This document shows positions 1-9,412 of a stretch of 36,126 nucleotides of DNA, piece after piece. A program made the position numbers and the translations under genes. The DNA comes from a virus (lineage: Duplodnaviria; Caudoviricetes). Location: the IMG/VR virus record IMGVR_UViG_3300033405_000047, positions 1-36,126 of that record; one strand, given 5' to 3'. Within the stretch, counting starts at the first letter, position 1; the number at the start of each line of letters is the position of its first letter. Under the pieces are notes generated by a model. It was not told the origin of the DNA and did not search any database. It was given only the letters and a program-made list of their open reading frames with translations.

Positions 1-2012
1 GCCCCTATGTTAAGCGTGCTGCTATCGGTGCCGGAAAGCGTAAGCGTGTTGCTTACGGTCAGCGTTTTACTCGTAGTGCCACCGGCAATCGAAAAGCCTA
101 TGGTCAGCGAAGATTCCGTGAGCGGCGATAACTGGCTGGTCAGGGCCACGGTGCCGCTCGCTGCCGGTATAGTCAGCGTATAGCTCGTCGTGCCGCTGTT
201 CGCACTGGTAAAGGTTGTATACCCGGTAGATGAGCCGAGCAACAACAAATCGCTGTTGGTGAACTTCTGCGCTGCCGTCCATGTCTGGGCCGATCCGAGA
301 ACAGCGGGATTGGTCAGGGCCGCTTGCACGGTCGTACCGATCATGGAGCTGTCCAACACCGTGTATCTAGTCCCGCCATGGGTCAGGTACAAGGTGCTGC
401 CCGAATATTCCATCGCCCCATTTGCGGCCGTCGTAAGCAAAGTCCCTGACTGCCAATACAGGGGTGCGCCCCCGGGCGCCGCCGTGCCGACATCCATGGT
501 GAGAGAGCTTGTCAGCGTGCCGCCGCTAAATGAGCCGGTACCGGCCTGATACGCCCACCCCGTGCCGGTCCAGTAGACATACCCGGCTGATGACGGTGAC
601 GCAATGGGATAACCGCGAATGCCCGTCACCAGACTGGAGCCGTTGATATCGGTTCCGGTCGAAATCGGGATGAAATAGCCGGTTGTGAGGCTCAACGCGA
701 GGGTGCCGCTTGATGTTATCGGCGATCCGGATATCGTCAGCCCCGTTGGGGTTGTCATGGCCACGCTGGAAACCGTTCCGCTCGATCCTCCGGATGGCAG
801 AACTGAACATACCGTAGAACCACCCAAGACCGTCAACTTGCGCGGGTAATATCCGGCTGAGCACGAATAATCCACGAAGACAGCAACCTGAGCATCCGTA
901 GGGAAAGCTGTTGTTGAGTTGCTGGCGACGGCACCTGTTGGGGTGTTCATCGGGTTATTCAAAACCGCCGAGGAAATGTTCTTCCATGCCGCTGAGCCGG
1001 ATGAACCGCTGCCCGCATGAGCCGCAACATAGGTCACAACAGCCGACTGGGACGGGACAAGGCTTGCGCTGTTCGCAGCCATCGTGCCGTCAGTCGAAAG
1101 GAACGTGGTGGTGAACCATGTACCAATTGCAGAGGTGAGAGCCGACCATGTATCGTAAATCCAGGAGGAAACCGAGCTTGCGGAGACCGCAGCATTTGCC
1201 GTGGTCTGTGCGGCGCTAGCAGCGGCTCTGGCCGTTGCATCCACTCCGTTGTGCGGATGGCCCGAATAGTTGAGATAACCTGGGTCGCGCACGGTGATGT
1301 TGCCACTTCCATAAGATACATTGTTGATCGTCTGAGATTGTATGACGTAGCTGCCTGCGGGTTGTTTGCCTGCCAGAATAGATGCATGACCTGATGAGTA
1401 GTTACTATACCCAGCTGCTTGTGTTGAAGGTGCGTAAACCCCAGTGAATGCAGACTCAAGAGCTGCAATAAGATTTGACCAGGTAAATTTACTTAATATG
1501 TTGCCAACCCAGTACGTAAATGTATTGGAAGAGACAGGGCTGTTGTTGCTGCTGATGTTATTGGTTGCTCTGTTGGGGTCCATGGCAGCCGAAATGTTAG
1601 GAAAAGCTGAGATATTCGATGCCGACGCATTACCAGCCGGCCCTTGGGGGCCTGCCGAGCCGGTTGCACCTGTGGCGCCAGTGGCACCGGTTGCTCCAGT
1701 AGCCCCTTGTATGCCTTGCGGCCCCTGTGGGCCGGTCGCCCCCGTAGCGCCTTGGGGACCTGTTGGGCCGGCCGGACCCTGAAGCCCATTAATGCCACGA
1801 ATACGGCCGGCGCCTGAATAAATGCTTTGGATAAAGTTTCCCAGCGTGCAAGGGTCGTACGAAGTATCAACGGTAGAACCGTTACGCCCAACGGCGATAT
1901 GATCTCCACATTGAGGATAAACGTTCAGCCAGTCATAAATAAACGATGAATTGGCCTGGCAGATAGTAACCACCGTCAACATCAAAATCGTCGCAAAATA
2001 CAATCTTTTCAT
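1..2012 (-). CDS. Tail-fibre-position protein, partial (>670 aa), with N-terminal signal peptide, collagen-like GXY repeat and Ser/Thr/Gly-rich body
   Basis: Manually translated. ATG at 2012 overlaps the gp48 TGA (ATGA) and the frame is open to base 1, so it is absent from the ORF track. Starts MKRLYFATILMLTVVTICQA-NSSF. 19 GXY triplets at 1626-1796. Occupies the Mu fibre position after gp48. Confidence 0.85.
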   Translation of the reverse strand, partial: MKRLYFATILMLTVVTICQANSSFIYDWLNVYPQCGDHIAVGRNGSTVDTSYDPCTLGNFIQSIYSGAGRIRGINGLQGPAGPTGPQGATGATGPQGPQGIQGATGATGATGATGATGSAGPQGPAGNASASNISAFPNISAAMDPNRATNNISSNNSPVSSNTFTYWVGNILSKFTWSNLIAALESAFTGVYAPSTQAAGYSNYSSGHASILAGKQPAGSYVIQSQTINNVSYGSGNITVRDPGYLNYSGHPHNGVDATARAAASAAQTTANAAVSASSVSSWIYDTWSALTSAIGTWFTTTFLSTDGTMAANSASLVPSQSAVVTYVAAHAGSGSSGSAAWKNISSAVLNNPMNTPTGAVASNSTTAFPTDAQVAVFVDYSCSAGYYPRKLTVLGGSTVCSVLPSGGSSGTVSSVAMTTPTGLTISGSPITSSGTLALSLTTGYFIPISTGTDINGSSLVTGIRGYPIASPSSAGYVYWTGTGWAYQAGTGSFSGGTLTSSLTMDVGTAAPGGAPLYWQSGTLLTTAANGAMEYSGSTLYLTHGGTRYTVLDSSMIGTTVQAALTNPAVLGSAQTWTAAQKFTNSDLLLLGSSTGYTTFTSANSGTTSYTLTIPAASGTVALTSQLSPLTESSLTIGFSIAGGTTSKTLTVSNTLTLSGTDSSTLNIG

Positions 2013-2773
2013 TCGTCACCATTCCCTTCCGCGTTGTCTCCTGCATTCCCGAGAGCTATATCGTCCGTATTACCCATCATACCTGTCGTTGTTGACCCGT
2101 CACCATTCCCGAGTGCCGCATCGCCTGTATTCCCAAGCGCCATATCTCCGGCATTGCCCTGCATCCCCATGATCCCCGACGAATCGTCTATGTAGTTGAG
2201 CAGGAAATGCGCCGGCTTCAGAATTTCCAACCTCGTGGCCAAATCCGGTGTCGGTATGATGTTTGGCGTCGACAGGATCACTACATCCCAGATCCACGGC
2301 AGAATGGCGTTCTCCATGGCGAGGGTGTCGCCGGACATGCTGATTCCTGCCTGGAAGAATTGCCACGGCTCTTCCGTCACCGGATCGCCGGAACAGAGCC
2401 AGTCCGCCTCGCTCTCGACATAATCGTCGATGCGGATCGTGTAGCCCATGGCCGCCGCCAGGGCGACGAAGTAGGGCATCTTTATGTCGCCGGGCGTCAC
2501 ATGCCGATGCCATACCGCGAGCTGACGCTCTTCTGTTGTTGCGCCTTCCGGTGGGGTGATCTGGTACTCCGCCTCCCATTCGGGCAACGTCTCCACCGCT
2601 GTCAGTGGGTTGCATTCGAGGAGCAGATCATCGGCGCGCCCGGCAATGCGCGCCGGCTCCTGGGCCAGACCGGTCAGGAAATCGGTCATTACCCCGGCAT
2701 ACAGATTCCAGGCCGCTCCGGGCGGCAAAAGCGCTTGCAGCTCAGCCAGGTATGCGGAGGCGGTCAGAGCCAT
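2009..2773 (-). CDS. Mu gp48/YmfQ-like baseplate wedge protein with acidic repeat C-terminal extension
   Basis: LQALLPPGAAW, ETLPEWE and ILKPAH motifs; directly after gp47. Confidence 0.85.
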   Translation of the reverse strand: MALTASAYLAELQALLPPGAAWNLYAGVMTDFLTGLAQEPARIAGRADDLLLECNPLTAVETLPEWEAEYQITPPEGATTEERQLAVWHRHVTPGDIKMPYFVALAAAMGYTIRIDDYVESEADWLCSGDPVTEEPWQFFQAGISMSGDTLAMENAILPWIWDVVILSTPNIIPTPDLATRLEILKPAHFLLNYIDDSSGIMGMQGNAGDMALGNTGDAALGNGDGSTTTGMMGNTDDIALGNAGDNAEGNGDE

Positions 2774-3825
2774 GTGACAGTCCCCATTACGACCCTTTCG
2801 TAGGCGGTATAGACAAAGTCCCCTGCCGGAACGGTCACCGTCTCATCGGTTTCGCCATCGGCCAGGGCTATGGCCTCGTTGATGTGGCTGAGCGGGATCG
2901 AACCGGCGTTTTCACCCTCCCGTGCGACCAGGTCCGTCAGCTCCGCGATCACGTTTGTTTGCACCGCAACCGTATTGGGGGTCAGCTTGATGGTCAGATT
3001 CAGAGGCGCGGGGATCCAGGGCAACACGCGCAGGTATTTCACGTCCTCGGGGCAGATGGCGACGATATACGCGCGGACAGCGGCCAGCAGATCGTTGGTC
3101 GGCATCTCGGATCTGGTGATGGTGGAATCGGCAACGATCACCACGGCCACGGTTCCGGGACCCTGGTCAAGGGGAATGGTCCAGGCGCGCAACACGCCGG
3201 TGACCTGTTCAGCCCAGGTGGCGTAATCATTTTGATTGCCCCCAGCGGGCTTCTGGCGCTTGTAGGCCAATACCCTGGCCCTGAATACCTCGATATCCTC
3301 GATATTGGCGCCATAGCAAAGGCCTGGGGCTGCTACGACGGCCGTGCCCGCGACACCCTCGATGGTGTTGAGCAGGTCAAGGGTGGTGCCGGCGGCGCAG
3401 TTGCCGAGACTGCCTGCCGTGGTGTCTATGATGCTGACTGTCGCTGTACCATTGACAATGGGGACGTCGGCGGTTGAGGTGTATTCCTCGCCGTCGGAGC
3501 GTTGCCAGGAGGTTCCGGCGGGAATCACCATTCCGTTGTTGCCGGCTACGGTGATCGGGCCGTAGCTGAAGGTGGCCGGATTCTGGGTCAGACCATATTC
3601 GGCGCCGGCGATCACCAGTTCATCGGTATCACAGGAGGTAATGAAGATCTGGAGGGCGATCCAACCGAGATAGCCGTATTGGCCGAATGCCAGGCCCGCG
3701 GAGGCGCGGCCGATGACGGCGGTATTGGCGCGGCGCAGGGTGGAATCCGTGCCCTCCAGGTTGCTGTCGATATCGGTAGCGATGCGAGTGATCAGGTCGC
3801 CCAATGTTGGTGTGCTAAATGGCAT
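2764..3825 (-). CDS. Baseplate J / Mu gp47-like protein
   Basis: MPFSTPTL start, GGN.NDY..WA..V.GV.RAW and GPGTV motifs; synteny. Confidence 0.9.
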   Translation of the reverse strand: MPFSTPTLGDLITRIATDIDSNLEGTDSTLRRANTAVIGRASAGLAFGQYGYLGWIALQIFITSCDTDELVIAGAEYGLTQNPATFSYGPITVAGNNGMVIPAGTSWQRSDGEEYTSTADVPIVNGTATVSIIDTTAGSLGNCAAGTTLDLLNTIEGVAGTAVVAAPGLCYGANIEDIEVFRARVLAYKRQKPAGGNQNDYATWAEQVTGVLRAWTIPLDQGPGTVAVVIVADSTITRSEMPTNDLLAAVRAYIVAICPEDVKYLRVLPWIPAPLNLTIKLTPNTVAVQTNVIAELTDLVAREGENAGSIPLSHINEAIALADGETDETVTVPAGDFVYTAYERVVMGTVTWL

Positions 3826-3844
3826 TGCCTTCTCCTGGAACCTT

Positions 3845-3914
3845 GTGAATGGTGAATAGTGAATGGTTAAATCTTAGAATCGCTTTTATTCACCATTCAC
3901 GTTTCACCATTCAC
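3845..3914. repeat. Heptamer (GTGAATR)n ... (YATTCAC)n inverted array, copy B1
   Basis: gtgaatg gtgaata gtgaatg ... cattcac gtttcac cattcac, between gp46 and gp47. Confidence 0.9.
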
Positions 3915-3934
3915 GCCTTTTGCCTTTCTTGCAT

Positions 3935-4381
3935 TCAATTACCCTTCCAGAACAGCTCAAAACGGAATTTGGCCGGGGTACCGGTGGGCCGGAAGATCTG
4001 CACGGTCAGACCGAGCAGTCCATCCCTCACTATTACCGCCTGGGCCGCCACGCTATCCGCCACGCCATCCTCCACCATCCAGGCAAGCGCCTCCTCGGCA
4101 TACTCCTGGGCTCTGCTCAGGACGTCCGAAAGCTGCTTTTCCCGGGAGAGGAGCCAGAGCCGAGAGCCGATCAGGTCGCCATCCACATCCGAAAACTGAT
4201 CGGCCCACCAGCCGCGCGGGTCATTGCTGTTATCCGGCAGGACATCGTCCGGCTCGGCCCGGCGGTCGGTGAACAGGCTGATGATGACCGCCGTTTCCAG
4301 GCCGTCGTCTTCAGCCAGGCCGGGAGGGGAAACCTGCCATTGGCCGGCGTTGTTGATCCAGTATGTGCGGATATCGGCCAT
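3935..4381 (-). CDS. Mu gp46-like baseplate protein
   Basis: LETAVIISLFTDRRA, RGWWAD and IGSRLWLLSREK motifs. Confidence 0.93.
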   Translation of the reverse strand: MADIRTYWINNAGQWQVSPPGLAEDDGLETAVIISLFTDRRAEPDDVLPDNSNDPRGWWADQFSDVDGDLIGSRLWLLSREKQLSDVLSRAQEYAEEALAWMVEDGVADSVAAQAVIVRDGLLGLTVQIFRPTGTPAKFRFELFWKGN

Positions 4382-4392
4382 TTAATTGTGTC

Positions 4393-4740
4393 TTACGGGA
4401 TCGACGGAGGAGTGAACGAGCACCCCAGAGTTGAGATCTTGTTCTCCAGCTTCGCCATGATCTCCGCCACCTTTGTCATGATCAGCGTGGTCTCCTCGAT
4501 CATGGCCGCGATAGAATTCTTGACGGCATCTATTTGAGCGGTAATCCACGCGATTGTCGTAACCAGATCAACCGGCGGCGTGGTCTGGGCCGTCAGGGAT
4601 GTCATCTGTGCCTTCAGATCGGCCAGCAATTTATTCAGCTCCGCCTTGATCTCGTCCGAAGCCTCCTGCAACAGCTCACAGGTGTTAATGGCATCTATCC
4701 GATCCTCAATGGATTGCAGGTAATTGGTGATGTCGCTCAT
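4393..4740 (-). CDS. Hypothetical coiled-coil protein between spike and gp46
   Basis: 115 aa, heptad-rich helical sequence; start overlaps the gp45 stop. Confidence 0.75.
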   Translation of the reverse strand: MSDITNYLQSIEDRIDAINTCELLQEASDEIKAELNKLLADLKAQMTSLTAQTTPPVDLVTTIAWITAQIDAVKNSIAAMIEETTLIMTKVAEIMAKLENKISTLGCSFTPPSIP

Positions 4741-5270
4741 GAACCGAGTCCTCCAACGATGATCCCGTTCTTGACGGTTACTGATTGTCCGGTCTTGTCG
4801 GTAAAAACGCCACTGACGCCTGTGGACACCTCCAGATGGTTGGTGGTTTTGGCATAGCCGTCCAGCACGATCTGGGGGGATTTGACGGTAACCTGAAGGG
4901 GGGAATTGATGACGATTCCTTTTCTCGACAGGTACACAATCTGTTTCAAATCGTCATACAGCGTCGATTCCCCTGACACCAGGTTGGTAGGACGATAACG
5001 GCCATCGTCCATGGCAATCACCACCAGATGATCCCGGTTGCCGCAGATCGATGCCGCCACTGCCTGGGCTCCGGAAAATGGCACGGAGGTATGGCCGTAG
5101 TTTTGGATCCTCTCCACACTGCCGTGGCTCTCGTCTGCCATGATGGTGATCTGGACGCGCTGAATCGGCTGGGAGTCATCGATCAGGGTAACCACGGCCC
5201 GGCCAATCATGAGCCTGATGGCGCGGGCGTACGGCGCGATCAGGCGGTTGAATGCACCTATTAGTTCCAC
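4737..5270 (-). CDS. Baseplate spike, Mu gp45 / gpV-like
   Basis: VERIQNYGHTSVP, GNRDH and DDGRYRP motifs. Confidence 0.9.
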   Translation of the reverse strand: MELIGAFNRLIAPYARAIRLMIGRAVVTLIDDSQPIQRVQITIMADESHGSVERIQNYGHTSVPFSGAQAVAASICGNRDHLVVIAMDDGRYRPTNLVSGESTLYDDLKQIVYLSRKGIVINSPLQVTVKSPQIVLDGYAKTTNHLEVSTGVSGVFTDKTGQSVTVKNGIIVGGLGS

Positions 5271-6364
5271 CGCGGCACCTCCGCCTTACCCCGGCGCCGG
5301 TGCTTGTCGGGGAGGTTGATGAGCTCAAAGGCGGACGGCAGACAGAGGTCCATCGCGGCCTGGGTGCCGGTCTCTTCCGTCAGGGTGAACCTGACCTGGG
5401 AGATGAGCAAATCGCCGTCGTAACCCATGAAGTCGTCCTGGATCTGCACCAGTTGGTTGGGCAGCCACAGCCCTGTGGAATGCTCCCAACCCGTTACGGT
5501 ATAGGTGACCCGGTTTCCCTTGCCGATCCTGATGTTGCGCTCCCAGGTGGCCCGGTCCTGGTAGGTGCTGCCGTCGCCCTGGTAGGCGATGGTGACGTGG
5601 GGCCGGTAGCGGGTGATGGCGGTATCGTTTACGGATGCCTTGGTCTGAAAATAATGCTTCGGCTCGTTTGCCAGCGCACTGCTGTCGGCCGCCGGATGAT
5701 CCCAGGTACCGGCGCCCATGGCGGTCTGACCCTTGACGATGTATTGGCTGAAACGGTTCTTCCAACTGAAATGGCCGGTGGCGGCCTCTATGTTCTGGCC
5801 CTTGATCAAAGGAGTCGCTATCCGCTGGGTCCCGGTGCGGCCCAGGATGAGATTGCCGTTGCCGTCGGATAGCAGCAGCACGCCGCGCATGCGGGCCGCG
5901 CGGTCCAGACATTCGAACGCGGTCTCACTGTGCCAGATAGCGAAGCAGGCGAAGGGCTTGCCTACATCGACCTGTGCGATGACGTTGATGCCAAAGGGCG
6001 TGCAGAGGTCCTTGGCAATCCTCGTCAGGCTTGCATTGCGCCATTCCCCTGCCTTATGCACGGCCGCGCTGTCCACCAGATCTCCCGTCTTGTCACGGCC
6101 GGTGATTTTGATGGTATGGGAAGACTTATCGTAGCTGGGGTCAAAATCATCAACATAGCCGCTGATTACCTGAGTGGAACCAATAGAGAGCGTGCAGGCG
6201 TCGCCCGGATTGATCCGCCACGCCGATGGCTGATTGGGCCAGCGCTCGGTGGTGGTGAGATCGAACGTGCCGGCGATCTGCTCGATGCCGAGGGTGATGC
6301 CGATGGTCTGCCAGCCGGCGTAACTGGAGCCATTGACCTGGAGGGTGACGTCAGGCGTTGACAT
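5261..6364 (-). CDS. Baseplate hub, Mu gpP/gp44-like
   Basis: GRDKTGDLVD and RFSQYIVKGQ motifs; synteny. Confidence 0.9.
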   Translation of the reverse strand: MSTPDVTLQVNGSSYAGWQTIGITLGIEQIAGTFDLTTTERWPNQPSAWRINPGDACTLSIGSTQVISGYVDDFDPSYDKSSHTIKITGRDKTGDLVDSAAVHKAGEWRNASLTRIAKDLCTPFGINVIAQVDVGKPFACFAIWHSETAFECLDRAARMRGVLLLSDGNGNLILGRTGTQRIATPLIKGQNIEAATGHFSWKNRFSQYIVKGQTAMGAGTWDHPAADSSALANEPKHYFQTKASVNDTAITRYRPHVTIAYQGDGSTYQDRATWERNIRIGKGNRVTYTVTGWEHSTGLWLPNQLVQIQDDFMGYDGDLLISQVRFTLTEETGTQAAMDLCLPSAFELINLPDKHRRRGKAEVPRWN

Positions 6365-7553
6365 TTGTCAATACCTCCAACGGACGCCCACCGGGAATAA
6401 AGCCGGGATTCCGAATCTTGTTGCGGGTGATGATGTCCGCAGCCTGGGTGGCATCGCCATAGAGGCGATACGCCAGGACCAGGGCCGGGACGGTTTGGGG
6501 CGGCGTGTACGAGACGATCAGCGCCAGGTTGGCTCCCCTGGTGGCGATATCCGTGACCACGGAGGCGCGGAGATCGGCGAAGGCCGTATAGAGGGTGATA
6601 TCGGTTAATGACTCCATCTGGAGGTCGAGCTGGTCCGTCACCGCCGTCCGCACGGCCACGGCGTCCTGGCGCGAAGCAAAGGTCATCTCGGCGGACGTGG
6701 CCGCAGCCCCGGCCACGGCGGCCTGGCGCACGATGGCGATGGTCGCCGCCTGATTGGCGTTCGCCTGCACGCGGCTGGGTGTCGTGCCGGCAATAGCTGG
6801 CCAATCGGACCCGAAATCGAACATGCCCTGCCAGATCCCGAATGCGGTTGCGGGATCGGTGCAGAGAGCGACCGCGCCGTAGATCCGGAGAATGATGGCA
6901 TTGGCCAGCGCGCTCGGGGTGTTGATTAAGGTGGAACATGCGGTCTCGAAGCCGGCCAGGTCGCTGAAAAATTGGGAGGCAGGGAGATCCGTGGGGATCA
7001 GTTGGGCTATGGCCTTCAGTTTGGCGGTGAGCTGCTGAAGGCCGGAAAGGGCCGATGCACGGACAAATGCTGGGTTCTTGGCGACCGTGAATGTTTTGAC
7101 GTAGGATGCCTGGCTGGCGGCCGTGGCCGCGTCGGCTTTGTCGGAGACGTTACCGGCGGTATCAAGGGCGGTGCTCGGCTGTTTATTCTGGCCGGAAAGG
7201 GCGAAAGAGGCGGTGAAACGAGCCATGCCCCCTTCCGCGGTTGTCTCGCGCACCTTGACCTTGGCGGTGACGTCGACCTTGAGCGTGCCGTAGGTAGGAT
7301 GGACCAGGATGCCGGGACCGGCGGTCTCGAAGGCGGCCATGAGGAGATCCCTGGCTGCCATGTAGTCGGGGCCGATGACATACATCTCCAGGGTGAACTC
7401 GCGCGGGCATTTCCCCATGTCCTCGAAGTAGGCATCGTCACGCAGGGGATAATCATGGCGCACGTTCCTGCGGCCGACATCCGCATCGAGCGATTGCCAG
7501 AAGAAAGGGCAATTGCGGTAGCTGCCCTGGCGTAATTGATCGCGCCAAGCCAT
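6351..7553 (-). CDS. Mu gpN-like DNA circularization/tail protein
   Basis: W..QLR..SYR, GRR...HDYP.RD, GPG.LVHP.YG and C-terminal PALVLAYRLYGD...NPGFIP motifs. Confidence 0.92.
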   Translation of the reverse strand: MAWRDQLRQGSYRNCPFFWQSLDADVGRRNVRHDYPLRDDAYFEDMGKCPREFTLEMYVIGPDYMAARDLLMAAFETAGPGILVHPTYGTLKVDVTAKVKVRETTAEGGMARFTASFALSGQNKQPSTALDTAGNVSDKADAATAASQASYVKTFTVAKNPAFVRASALSGLQQLTAKLKAIAQLIPTDLPASQFFSDLAGFETACSTLINTPSALANAIILRIYGAVALCTDPATAFGIWQGMFDFGSDWPAIAGTTPSRVQANANQAATIAIVRQAAVAGAAATSAEMTFASRQDAVAVRTAVTDQLDLQMESLTDITLYTAFADLRASVVTDIATRGANLALIVSYTPPQTVPALVLAYRLYGDATQAADIITRNKIRNPGFIPGGRPLEVLTNVNA

Positions 7554-9358
7554 TAATGACTCACCAGCATCGCACCGGAATCAAGATTGATTTGTACATT
7601 GCCATGGCTCTTTTCCATCTCCATCACCTTGACCGAGGAGTCGCTCATAATTTTTAGAGTGATTGACCCGCTTACCGCTCCGTCGCCACGGCGATGAAGC
7701 TCGTCAGCGATCAGTTTTGCCTGGTACGAGTTGGGACCGCCTCCCATAACCAATTGCTCCGAGAGCATTTGTTGCAGCTTCCTGGTGGGATAAAGCTTTT
7801 CATTTCTTACTTCAGCTGCGCTCTTGTTTTTGGCATAGTTGACGGATAAGGCTCCCACAGCCGCGGCAACTGCGGCAGGAAGAAGCGCCGCGCCTGCGGC
7901 GGCTATTACGCTTGCCGAAGCTCCGGCCGCTCCCGCTTCTGCTGCTCCGGCAGCACTCCCGGCGGCAGAGCCGGCAGCCCCACCCATCCATTGGGACGGA
8001 AGCAGTGAAAGATGTTTGTTCACGACATAAACGGGAATAGGGCCGGCCATGCGTCCGAAACCTCCCAAGCCGCCGAGGCCACCGCTGCCACCACCACCGA
8101 ACAGGTCGCGGTACGTAGTATAGATCTTGCGGGCCAGCACTGCTCCTCCGACTATGCCGGCGCCGATGCCTACATCCTTCAGAACGTTTTTGGTGGTTCC
8201 GGGGCCGAACTTGTCCAGGAAGTTTGCAGTCGCGCGAATAGGTTTGATCAGCTTTTCGTCGGACAGGCGTTTGAAGGAGGTCTTCATATCGCCCATGACC
8301 GCGTTGAATTCCTTGGCGTTCAGGGTGGCGTCCTCCCCGATCTGGGTTCCGTCCGCTTGGACCTTCAGGTAATCGTCGAGTGTTTTCATCTGCCCGGTGC
8401 GCTTATATTCGGCTATGGCATTATTAAAACCGCGAATGGATTCGCGCTCGAACACCTGGGCAAGGTTGGTTCGCTTGCCGTGGGACTTCTCTACGATCTG
8501 TCTGAAGATGTCTGTGAGCGGCAGGTATTTCTCCTCGCCCCTTTTCCTCGCATCCTCATCAAAAAGCTTCACCCCGTTGCGCTGAAGAATCTTGATCTTT
8601 TCGGGCGATGTGATCTCTCGGATAAAGTTTTCGTACGCGGTGGCAGCCATATCCGATGATTCAACACCAGGGCGCATGTACTGGAGAATGGCGGTCATCT
8701 CACGCATCCCCTCGGGGCCGCTCCGGCCGAGGGACGCAGTGGCCGAGGCGGTGCGGGGCATGAGCTGTGCCATGTCGCGCAGAATGAAGGAACCTTGTTT
8801 TCCCAGGACGTCTTGAAGATCCAGGAGCTTGCGAACCTGTTCCGGGTCGCGGATACCCTGGAGCCGGTATTGATTGAGCATGGCGCCAATATCCACGCCA
8901 CGGGCGCCGGTAGCCCGTATGCCGACAGCGATGTTCTCCAGGTTCTCTTGGGCGAATTTAAGATCACCTGATTTGGCGACGATCTCCTCGAAGGCCGAGG
9001 TAATCTCGCTGGGATCTACGCGGATCTTCGGCATCTGGGAAACCTCGAAGATCTTCTCCTTGATCTTGTCGATCTCCTCGACCGACACATGGGCATCGAC
9101 GGCCAGTTGGGTGAACCGGGCCGAGAGATCACCCACCTCCTTGATCTGCATGGTGAGCGCGCCGCCGGTGATCAGGGCGGAATACCGGTTGCCGAGCCGG
9201 TCCAGGCCGCGCCCCGCCAGATCGAGGCTCTTGTGGAACATTTGCATGGACCGGGAGGAACCGGCAGCAAAGCGCTGCATGGAGCCCAGATACTGCTGCG
9301 CCTTGCCCTGGAGGTTGCCGGCAAGGTCGATTATGAGGGAGGTTTTTAGCTGGGCCAT
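7553..9358 (-). CDS. Tail tape measure protein
   Basis: 601 aa; IDLAGNL N-terminus, PVYVVN motif, Ala/Gly-rich hydrophobic C-terminal part; follows the tail chaperone. Confidence 0.88.
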   Translation of the reverse strand: MAQLKTSLIIDLAGNLQGKAQQYLGSMQRFAAGSSRSMQMFHKSLDLAGRGLDRLGNRYSALITGGALTMQIKEVGDLSARFTQLAVDAHVSVEEIDKIKEKIFEVSQMPKIRVDPSEITSAFEEIVAKSGDLKFAQENLENIAVGIRATGARGVDIGAMLNQYRLQGIRDPEQVRKLLDLQDVLGKQGSFILRDMAQLMPRTASATASLGRSGPEGMREMTAILQYMRPGVESSDMAATAYENFIREITSPEKIKILQRNGVKLFDEDARKRGEEKYLPLTDIFRQIVEKSHGKRTNLAQVFERESIRGFNNAIAEYKRTGQMKTLDDYLKVQADGTQIGEDATLNAKEFNAVMGDMKTSFKRLSDEKLIKPIRATANFLDKFGPGTTKNVLKDVGIGAGIVGGAVLARKIYTTYRDLFGGGGSGGLGGLGGFGRMAGPIPVYVVNKHLSLLPSQWMGGAAGSAAGSAAGAAEAGAAGASASVIAAAGAALLPAAVAAAVGALSVNYAKNKSAAEVRNEKLYPTRKLQQMLSEQLVMGGGPNSYQAKLIADELHRRGDGAVSGSITLKIMSDSSVKVMEMEKSHGNVQINLDSGAMLVSH

Positions 9359-9374
9359 GGTTGTTCCTGGGTTC

Positions 9375-9407
9375 AGACCCTAAGGGTTTTAAAAACCCTT
9401 AGGGTCT
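9375..9407. repeat. 33-bp palindrome, copy A1
   Basis: agaccctaagggtttt-a-aaaacccttagggtct. Confidence 0.95.
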
Positions 9408-9412
9408 ATCTA

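Noticed and set aside
67-1909. Short ORF-track calls in 67-1909, including the PVAPVAP ORF at 1444-1782
   Set aside because: These are antisense or out-of-frame shadows of the long - strand fibre gene; PVAP is the reverse reading of the collagen codons.
1-2012. Invertible G-segment/gin or DGR-type fibre variation
   Set aside because: No invertase, reverse transcriptase, gix-like site or TR/VR pair is visible; the relevant region may lie beyond the left edge.
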